DNA of 64,000 nt from an uncultured Acidobacteriota bacterium (GTDB lineage Bacteria > Acidobacteriota > Terriglobia > Acidiferrales > UBA7541), in the NCBI GenBank assembly GCA_963733775.1, contig CAVTEE010000004.1:5060-69059 (forward strand), written 5' to 3'. The notes under the pieces were generated by a model. That model had not been told where the DNA came from and did no database searches. It was given only the letters and a program-made list of their open reading frames with translations. The number at the start of each line of letters is the position of its first letter. Positions within the stretch are counted from its first letter, which is position 1. The position numbers were made by a program, and so were the translations under genes. Below, piece after piece: positions 48,765 to 56,058 of this stretch.

Positions 48765-50390
48765 ATGCTATACGTAGACAACGTTTCCATGCGCTTCGGC
48801 CCCCGCGTCCTTTTCGAAGACGTCACCTGCTCTTTCCTCGACGGCCGCCGCTACGCCATCAGCGGCCCCAACGGCGCCGGCAAATCCACATTAATGAAGA
48901 TCCTCACCGGCGAACTCGAGCCCACCAAGGGTTCCATAACCCGCCCAAAAAAGCTCGGTATCCTCCGTCAGGACCAGTTCGCCTTCGACCAATTTCGTGT
49001 CATCGACACCGTCATCATGGGCAACGCCCCGCTCTGGCAAGCCCTTGAGGAACGCGACAAACTTTACGCCAAGCCTCATGACTCGCTGACCGACGCCGAC
49101 GGCATGCGCCTCGGTGAACTCGAAGGCATCGTCGGCGAAGAAGGCGGCTACACCGCGGAAGCCGACGCCGCCATTCTACTCGATGGCCTGGGTGTGGACA
49201 GCACCCTGCATGAGCGCCAGATGGGCGAACTGCAAGGCGGCCAAAAAGTTCGCGTGCTCCTCGCGCAAGCCCTGTTCGGTAATCCGCCGGCCCTGCTTCT
49301 CGACGAGCCCACCAACAACCTCGACCTCGATTCCGTGCACTGGCTCCAGGATTACCTCCTCGAATACGAAGGCGTCCTTATCGTCATTTCTCACGACCGC
49401 CATTTTCTAAACAGCGTCTGCACTCACACCGCTGACATCGACTACGAAACCGTCATTATGTATAACGGCGGCTACGATGACATGGTGCTCGCCAAAACAC
49501 AGATTCGTTCCCGCATCGAAACCGATAACGCCAATCGCGAGAAAAAAATCGCGCAACTAAACGATTTCATCGCGCGCTTTTCAGCTGGCACCCGCTCCGC
49601 GCAAGCTACCTCTCGCAAAAAAGAAGTCGAGCGCCTGCAAACCACCGTGCTCGCGCGTTCCAACATCGCTCGCCCCTACATCCGCTTCGACATGAAGCGC
49701 GCTTCCGGCCGCCACCCGCTCGAAATTAAAAGCGTCGTGAAGTCCTACGGCGACTTGAAAGTCATCAAGCCCTTCACCGCCAGCATCACCCGCGGCGAAA
49801 AAATCGCCCTGACCGGTCGCAACGGAACCGGCAAAACCACTTTATTGCGATCACTGATCCGCAACGCTGGCGAATTCATCGACGACGCCGAAAAGGATTT
49901 CCCCATTGACGGTGGCATCGTGAAATGGGGCCACGAAGTAACCGTCGGCTATTTCGCTCAAGACCACCGCGATTCCGTGGTGACCGACTTGACCGCAATC
50001 GAGTGGCTCTGGCAATTCGATCCGCAAGCTTCTCAAGAAGAATTGCGCGGCCTGCTTGGTCAAATGTTATTCAGCGGGGAAGACGCCCTGAAGCCCACCA
50101 AAGCGTTAAGCGGCGGCGAAATCGCGCGCATGATTTTCTGCCGCCTCATGCTGCAAAAGCCCAATTTCCTGGTCCTCGACGAACCCACTAACCATTTGGA
50201 CCTCGAATCCATCAACGCCCTGAATATCGCACTGCAGAAATACGACGGCACCGTGCTGCTCGTCACTCACGACGAAGACGTCCTCGACGAAGTCGCTACC
50301 CGCATCTGGCATTTCAAAAATGGCAAAATCGAAGACTTCAAAGGCCCGTACGCCGATTATTTAATTTCCACCCGCGAAAAGGCTTCCTAG
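48765..50390 (+). CDS. ybiT: ABC-F family ATPase, YbiT-like
   Basis: 541 aa, two ABC cassettes. Aligns by eye along its length with E. coli YbiT (LRQDQFAFDQFRVIDTVIMGN..., LLAQALFGNPPALLLDEPTNNLD, ISHDRHFLNSVCTH, FSAGTRSAQATSR). Confidence 0.85.
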   Translation: MLYVDNVSMRFGPRVLFEDVTCSFLDGRRYAISGPNGAGKSTLMKILTGELEPTKGSITRPKKLGILRQDQFAFDQFRVIDTVIMGNAPLWQALEERDKLYAKPHDSLTDADGMRLGELEGIVGEEGGYTAEADAAILLDGLGVDSTLHERQMGELQGGQKVRVLLAQALFGNPPALLLDEPTNNLDLDSVHWLQDYLLEYEGVLIVISHDRHFLNSVCTHTADIDYETVIMYNGGYDDMVLAKTQIRSRIETDNANREKKIAQLNDFIARFSAGTRSAQATSRKKEVERLQTTVLARSNIARPYIRFDMKRASGRHPLEIKSVVKSYGDLKVIKPFTASITRGEKIALTGRNGTGKTTLLRSLIRNAGEFIDDAEKDFPIDGGIVKWGHEVTVGYFAQDHRDSVVTDLTAIEWLWQFDPQASQEELRGLLGQMLFSGEDALKPTKALSGGEIARMIFCRLMLQKPNFLVLDEPTNHLDLESINALNIALQKYDGTVLLVTHDEDVLDEVATRIWHFKNGKIEDFKGPYADYLISTREKAS

Positions 50391-50412
50391 TCTGTTCAGA
50401 TAACGCTGACAA

Positions 50413-50462
50413 CAAAAAAATCCTGCCCGCCGTCAGGTACTCACCGGCGAGCAGGAATTTTC
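50413..50462. terminator. bidirectional intrinsic-terminator-like hairpin between ybiT and a small minus-strand ORF
   Basis: A7 - CCTGCcCGCCG - 11-nt loop - CGGCGaGCAGG - aatttt. Read on the minus strand, the stem is followed by a run of seven T. Confidence 0.6.
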
Positions 50463-50487
50463 AATCAAACCAAACTTAAGTTACTGG

Positions 50488-50607
50488 CTAGCGGTTGTGC
50501 CCACCCTGTCCGCCACCCGGGTTGCGATCCTGTCCCCCGCCGCCCTGATTCGGATTCTTCTTGCCACTGTCCTTATTCTGATCCTGCTTCTTGTTGTCCT
50601 GTGCCAT
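50488..50607 (-). CDS. small (39 aa) hydrophilic Gly/Gln/Asn/Lys-rich protein
   Basis: Below the ORF-track size cut-off. Manual translation: MAQDNKKQDQNKDSGKKNPNQGGGGQDRNPGGGQGGHNR. GGAG 7 nt upstream of the ATG and a terminator hairpin about 30 nt after the stop. Confidence 0.45.
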   Translation of the reverse strand: MAQDNKKQDQNKDSGKKNPNQGGGGQDRNPGGGQGGHNR

Positions 50608-50865
50608 GGTTAAACTCCTTTATAAACTGCTGAAGTTTAATTACGCCCCCTGCGCAACCACGCAGCGAACGAGGGTCATCCTCAGCCCGATTATGAAACC
50701 GTGCCCAAAACCTTCTATCGGGCTTTCGCTGTATCTCAACCCCGATCAAAACCGATATTCCCTTAGACACCTTCACTTCATTTCGCCGCACCCAAACCGG
50801 CAAATTGGGAAGCCCGCCCTCCTGTGTTAGCATCCCGTATACACCCCTTATCTAGCTAAGGACCG

Positions 50866-52023
50866 ATGGATTTTTCGCTCAGCGACCACCAAAAACTGAT
50901 TCGCGACACGGTCCGCCAATTTATGGAAGCCGAAGTACGCCCTTCCGTAGCTCAGCGAGACCGCCAGGAAAAATTTCCCGCCGACGAAATCCGCAAGCTC
51001 GCGGCCCTCGGTGGCTGCGGCATGATGGTCCCTGAAGCCTGGGGCGGACCCGGCCTCGACACCATCTCCTACGTCCTCATGCTGGAAGAAGTAGCCCGCA
51101 TCGACGCCGCCATGGCCACCGCGCTCGGTGTCACCAATTCCGCCGTGCAGATTCCCTTGCTCAATTTCGGCTCGGAAACGCAAAAGAAGAAATACCTGCA
51201 GCGCCTCGCCACCGGCGAAATTCTCGGCGCCTTCTGCCTCACCGAAGCCCAAGCCGGTTCCGACGCCGCAGCAATCCAGACGCGAGCTGTCCGCCACGGT
51301 GCGATTTACAAGCTGCAAGGCACAAAAACCTGGGTCACCAACGGCAGCGTCGCCGGCGTATTCATCGTCTTTGCAAAAACCGATCCGGCGGCCGGCGGGA
51401 AGGGAATTACCGCCTTCCTCGTCGAACCCAATTTCCCCGGCTTCCGCGCCGGACGCCACGAAGAAAAAATGGGCCAGCGCACTTCGCCTTCGGTAGAAAT
51501 CGTCCTCAATGATTGCGAAGTCCCCGTCGAAAATCGCCTCGGCGAAGAAGGCCAAGGCCTGAAAATCGCTCTCAGCGCACTCGATGGCGGCCGCATCGGC
51601 ATCGCCGCTCTAAGCGTAGGCCTAGCTCAAGGCGCCCTCGAAGAAGCCGTAAAATACGCCAAGCAGCGCCGCGCCTTCGGAAAAAATATCGCCGACTTCC
51701 AGGCCATCCAATGGATGCTCGCCGACATGCACATGGAGATCGAAGCCGCCCGCGCCCTCGTTTATCAAGCCGCGTGGCTGAAAGACACGCACCCAACTCG
51801 TCTCGGCACCGCCGCCAGCAAAGCCAAACTTTACGCCAGCGAAATGGCCAATCGCGTCGCCGCCAAAGCAGTGCAGATCCACGGCAGCGTCGGCTACTCC
51901 CGCGAAACCCCAGTCGAACGCATGTACCGCGACGCCCGCGTCCTAACAATTTACGAAGGCACCAGCGAAATCCAGCGCATGATCATCGCCCGCGACCTGC
52001 TGCAGCGCACCACCGCCGCATAG
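50866..52023 (+). CDS. acyl-CoA dehydrogenase (short/medium-chain type)
   Basis: 385 aa; GAFCLTEAQAGSDAAA, TKTWVTNG, and the C-terminal YEGTSEIQRMIIAR signature. Confidence 0.88.
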   Translation: MDFSLSDHQKLIRDTVRQFMEAEVRPSVAQRDRQEKFPADEIRKLAALGGCGMMVPEAWGGPGLDTISYVLMLEEVARIDAAMATALGVTNSAVQIPLLNFGSETQKKKYLQRLATGEILGAFCLTEAQAGSDAAAIQTRAVRHGAIYKLQGTKTWVTNGSVAGVFIVFAKTDPAAGGKGITAFLVEPNFPGFRAGRHEEKMGQRTSPSVEIVLNDCEVPVENRLGEEGQGLKIALSALDGGRIGIAALSVGLAQGALEEAVKYAKQRRAFGKNIADFQAIQWMLADMHMEIEAARALVYQAAWLKDTHPTRLGTAASKAKLYASEMANRVAAKAVQIHGSVGYSRETPVERMYRDARVLTIYEGTSEIQRMIIARDLLQRTTAA

Positions 52024-52083
52024 CAGTGGCCAAAAGCTTTTGCTGTCGCCTTTATTTTTTCTGAATTTGCTGTTCTCTTGAAG

Positions 52084-52275
52084 TTGACTCTGAGTTTTCT
52101 TTTTTGCCTTTGGGTGCCCCACCCTACGTTTTTTAGGGTGGGGTTTAGATTACTGAGTGCCCCGGACCACAGCCATCAGGGCTCTTGATTTGTTATTTGT
52201 CTTTTGTTCTTGACTCTGTTTTTTGATTTTGGGTGCTGCACCCTTTATGCTTTTCAAAGGGTGCGGGTTTTGGTT
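52084..52275 (+). repeat. two copies of family-B palindromic repeat (B2, B3) in the acd-trpS spacer
   Basis: ttgactctgag...tgggtgCCCCACCCTacgttttttAGGGTGGGGtttag (core 52111-52149) and ttgactctgtt...gggtgctGCACCCTTTatgcttttcAAAGGGTGCgggtttt (core 52231-52270). Confidence 0.8.
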
Positions 52276-52314
52276 ATACGTAACCGGAATTCATCGATTA
52301 CGCAAGGATCGATC

Positions 52315-53616
52315 TTGGCCTCCACCATCACCTCAAAAAGAAAACCAGTAGTCAGTGGCATGCGCCCCACCGGCCGCCTCCACATCGGCCACTACTTCGG
52401 CGCCCTGGAAAACTGGGTCCGTCTCCAAGCCGACCCCGCCTACGATTGCTTCTATTTCATCGCCGACTGGCACGCCCTAACCAGCGACTACGCCGACGCC
52501 AGCGCCGTAGCCCAAAACACCATCGAAATCACGACCGACTACCTGGCCGCAGGCCTCGACCCCGACAAATCCGTAATCTTCCAGCAATCCCTGGTACGCG
52601 AACACGCCGAGCTCCATCTCCTCCTATCCATGGTCACGCCCCTAGGCTGGCTCGAACGCGTTCCCACCTACAAAGAAGCCCTCGAAAACGTAAAAGACAA
52701 AGACCTCCACACCTACGGCTTCCTAGGCTACCCTTGCCTCCAAACTGCCGACATCGTCATCTATAGCGCCGAAAACACCGACCTCTTCGTCCCCGTAGGC
52801 GAAGACCAAGTCTCCCACGTCGAACTAAGCCGCGAAATCGTGCACAACTTTAACGAGTTTTATGGATTCAAGATAAACCCACATCTTTTTGCGAACGACC
52901 TAGAGAGCCGATCCAACTTTGCTGCCTTTCGGAAGCAGGTCGGCCTTCCATTCAAGATGTATGGCCCTGACAAATGGGAAGAAAAAGTGTTTTCCCAAGA
53001 AGACAAGATTGCCTATGAGCAAGAGATCCGGAAACTGAAACGGGAGATGGGGACCGCTAACTTTTTTGAAAAGATAGGTTGGTTTGAGCAATTCTTCAGT
53101 GCTTCAGAAATACTTAATAAACCACAAGTAATGCTCACCCAAACCCCGCGCATCCCCGGCCTCGACGGCCGCAAAATGTCCAAAAGCTACGGCAACGCCA
53201 TCACCCTAAGCGAATCCGACGCCGACATCCGCGCCAAAACAAAAGTAATGGTCACCGACCCTGCCCGCAAACGCCGCACCGACCCCGGCAATCCCGACGT
53301 GTGCCCGGTCTACGATTGGCATAAACTGTTCTCACCGCCGCCCACGCTCGAATGGGCCGCCAACGGCTGCCGCACCGCCGGAATCGGCTGCATCGAATGC
53401 AAAAGCGCCATGGCCGACAATTTAATTAAATGGATCGAGCCCATACGCGCCCGTCGCATCGAACACGAAAAAAATCCGGCTCGCGTCCTGGAAATCTTGA
53501 ACGAAGGCTCCACTAAAGCGCGTGACCAAGCTCAGAAAACCATGTCTCGCGTGCGCGAAGCCGTCTTCGGCTGGGACAGCAAAAGAAAAGAAATCTTCGG
53601 CGCCACAGGGGAATAA
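52315..53616 (+). CDS. trpS: tryptophan--tRNA ligase (with ~85-aa insertion and a 4-Cys motif)
   Basis: ORF 52204..53616, but its first ~110 nt are repeat sequence. The start is probably TTG 52315 or ATG 52360 (MRPTGRLHIGHYFG = HIGH motif). KMSKS present (GRKMSKSYGN). Confidence 0.9.
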   Translation: MASTITSKRKPVVSGMRPTGRLHIGHYFGALENWVRLQADPAYDCFYFIADWHALTSDYADASAVAQNTIEITTDYLAAGLDPDKSVIFQQSLVREHAELHLLLSMVTPLGWLERVPTYKEALENVKDKDLHTYGFLGYPCLQTADIVIYSAENTDLFVPVGEDQVSHVELSREIVHNFNEFYGFKINPHLFANDLESRSNFAAFRKQVGLPFKMYGPDKWEEKVFSQEDKIAYEQEIRKLKREMGTANFFEKIGWFEQFFSASEILNKPQVMLTQTPRIPGLDGRKMSKSYGNAITLSESDADIRAKTKVMVTDPARKRRTDPGNPDVCPVYDWHKLFSPPPTLEWAANGCRTAGIGCIECKSAMADNLIKWIEPIRARRIEHEKNPARVLEILNEGSTKARDQAQKTMSRVREAVFGWDSKRKEIFGATGE

Positions 53617-53622
53617 CAACAA

Positions 53623-54405
53623 ATGGCCTCACCCTACAAAATAAATATCCCCATGTACGAAGGCCCCCTCGACCTGCTTCTCGACCTAATCAAGAAGCAC
53701 GAGATGAACATTCACGACATTCAAATTTCCACTATCACGTCCCAATACCTCGACTACCTCCACAAACTCGAACAACTCGACGTCAACGTCTCCGCCGAAT
53801 TTGTCTACATGGCCGCCACCCTCATCTACATCAAATCCAAAATGCTGCTACCGCCCGATCCTCTGGCAGGTCCCGAAACAGAATCCAGCGATCCTCGCGC
53901 CGAATTAGTCCAGCGCCTCGTCGAACACGAAAAATTCAAAAACGCAGCGCAGCTCCTGTACCAGAAACAACAAATCGAAGAAAACGTCTGGTCCAAGCCC
54001 GACAAATCCCTCTATAACGACGAAGGTACCGATGCCGACTTGGTGGTCTCGCTCGTCGATCTCGTAAAAGTTTTCCAACAAGTCCTCGAGCGCCGCAAAG
54101 AAGTCTCGCGCATCGATCTGCGCCACGAAGAATTCACCGTCGCGCAAATGATCGCCCAGCTCCGCGCGCAAATTCTCGCCAGCGAAGACAACACCCTCAA
54201 CCTCATCCAGTTCTTCGAAGCCTGCCCCTCACGCCACGCCATGATCGTTGCTTTCCTGGCGGTCCTCGAAATGGTCAAGCTCCAGGCCGTCGCCCTCGTG
54301 CAGGAAAAACAATTTGGCGCTATCCTTCTTCGCAAGCACAAAATGTTCGATTTGATCTTTGACGAGCAAGGCGGCATCCGCCAAATTGACGAGCAATATC
54401 AGTAG
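53623..54405 (+). CDS. scpA: segregation and condensation protein A (kleisin)
   Basis: YEGPLDLLLDLIKKHEMNIHDIQISTITSQYLDYL N-terminus, typical of ScpA. Confidence 0.9.
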   Translation: MASPYKINIPMYEGPLDLLLDLIKKHEMNIHDIQISTITSQYLDYLHKLEQLDVNVSAEFVYMAATLIYIKSKMLLPPDPLAGPETESSDPRAELVQRLVEHEKFKNAAQLLYQKQQIEENVWSKPDKSLYNDEGTDADLVVSLVDLVKVFQQVLERRKEVSRIDLRHEEFTVAQMIAQLRAQILASEDNTLNLIQFFEACPSRHAMIVAFLAVLEMVKLQAVALVQEKQFGAILLRKHKMFDLIFDEQGGIRQIDEQYQ

Positions 54406-54451
54406 GATGCGCGCCAGTAAAACATCGGTGGCAGTCGGCGCGGGTGCCTCG

Positions 54452-54812
54452 TTTTTGACTTTGACGTTGAGTCTTTGATTTGAAGTTGAGTTTTTGCTTT
54501 TGACTTTGGGTGCCCCACCCTACGTTTTTTAGGGTGGGGGTTTAGAGCACTGTGCAACCCAAACGTCAACGAACAGGGCCTTTTTGATTTTGATTCGTTT
54601 CTGACTTTGACGTTGGGTTTTTGTTTTTGGCTTTGGGCGACCCACCCTAGGTTTTTAGGGTGGGGGTTTAGAGTTTAGGGCACCGTGCAACCCAAACGTC
54701 AACGAACAGGGCCTTTTTGATTTTGATTCGTTTTTGACTTTGACGTTGGGTTTTTGTTTTTGACTTTGGGTGCCGCACCCTTCGCTTCTAAGCGTGCGGG
54801 TTTTTAATTTTT
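54452..54812 (+). repeat. tandem array of about 3 family-B palindromic units (period 146 then 133 bp) between scpA and scpB
   Basis: The landmark tgactttgacgttg recurs at 54456, 54602 and 54735. Each unit carries the inner hairpin (CCCACCCTA...TAGGGTGGG or a variant). Units 1-2 also carry the outer arms GACGTTGGGTT / AACCCAAACGTC. Confidence 0.85.
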
Positions 54813-54865
54813 AGAATATGGCATGGAACGCACTAAACAGAACTCCACCAGGTGTTAAAAATTAA

Positions 54866-55876
54866 ATGACCAACGAAGAACGAAAAGCCGCTCTGGAAGC
54901 CATCATCTACGCCGCCGACGAGCCCGCCACTATCGACCAGCTCGCCACCGCTCTCGGCGACGAAAAGCTAGCAGTACAATCCTCGCTCGATGAACTCGTC
55001 GCCAGCTACGCCAGCGAAGATCACGGAATCGAAATCCGCGAAGTCGCCGGAGGTTTCAAGCTCTACACCAAGCCTCAGCAGCACGACGTAGTCCGCCGCT
55101 TCATAAAAAGTTTGCGCCCGCCGCTGCGCCTCACCATGCCCGCGCTCGAAACCCTGGCCGTCATTTCCTACAAGCAACCCGTCACCGGCCCGGAAATCGG
55201 CGAAATTCGCGGCGTCAACACCAGCGGTGTTCTGAAAACACTCCTCGACAAACGCCTAATCACCACCGCAGGCCGCAAAGAAGTGATCGGCCGACCCATC
55301 CTTTACCGCACCTCCAAAGAATTTTTGATGCGCTTCGGCCTCAGCGACCTGGGCGAGTTGCCTAGCCTCAAGGAATTCGAAGCTTTGGCCCGCGAAGCGC
55401 TCGGTAGCGACGAAGGCGTAGTCCCTGACGAACTCCCCACCGACGAGCTCGACGAAGTTCTCGACTCCCCGGAAAACACCGGCATTCAATCCGAACCCGC
55501 CTCCGACGGCGCCCATCACGACCGCGAGGACCCAGCAGACCCACTAGTCGACTCCGCGGAAAATGCCGGCTATGACGGCCACGACCGCGTGGACCCATTC
55601 GTCTCAGCCTTCGCATCCAAGCTGCAGGGAGGACACATGGCCACCCAAAATATTCCCGCTAATCAGTCGGACGAAAACGAAGAAATAGCCGCTGAAGTCA
55701 ACGCTACCGGCGAAGGCATGCCCGCAGGCGAAATCGACGAAGCCCCCAGAGACCCCGAAGCGGTACAGTCCCCCAACGCCTTCGATGAAGAAAATAATCG
55801 CAAGAATCTAGCCCCAACAGGGAAGAGCACTGACAAAACCAGCGGCGAATCAAAGGGAGCCGCCGCCGGAGAATAA
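54866..55876 (+). CDS. scpB: SMC-Scp complex subunit ScpB with ~150-aa acidic C-terminal extension
   Basis: EAIIYAADEPATIDQLA..., two winged-helix segments (ISYKQPVTGPEIGEIRGV..., ITTAGRKEVIGRPILYRTSKEFL). Confidence 0.88.
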   Translation: MTNEERKAALEAIIYAADEPATIDQLATALGDEKLAVQSSLDELVASYASEDHGIEIREVAGGFKLYTKPQQHDVVRRFIKSLRPPLRLTMPALETLAVISYKQPVTGPEIGEIRGVNTSGVLKTLLDKRLITTAGRKEVIGRPILYRTSKEFLMRFGLSDLGELPSLKEFEALAREALGSDEGVVPDELPTDELDEVLDSPENTGIQSEPASDGAHHDREDPADPLVDSAENAGYDGHDRVDPFVSAFASKLQGGHMATQNIPANQSDENEEIAAEVNATGEGMPAGEIDEAPRDPEAVQSPNAFDEENNRKNLAPTGKSTDKTSGESKGAAAGE

Positions 55877-56058
55877 ATTCCTCGACGCGCAAACGCCCGA
55901 CGCACAACAGCGCCCCACGCGCAGACTCCCCGCCCACAAACATTCAGCGCGCAAACGCCCGGTGCGCACGTACCCAAGTGCAAAATGAACGCCCCAGGCA
56001 CAGCACCCGGTGCGCAAGTGCCCAGGCGCAAGCACCGCGCGCAAACCTGTCATTCCGA

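Noticed and set aside
52867-53121. Intein in trpS
   Set aside because: There is no Cys/Ser/Thr nucleophile at the insertion start, no His-Asn plus Cys/Ser/Thr at its end, and at about 85 aa it is too short. I kept it as an insertion-domain finding instead.
54452-54812. Possible CRISPR array (regularly spaced palindromic repeats)
   Set aside because: The period is 133-146 bp with whole-unit homology, so there are no unique spacers. The repeats are nested palindromes related to dispersed copies elsewhere. There are no cas genes or leader. I treat it as a REP-like tandem array.
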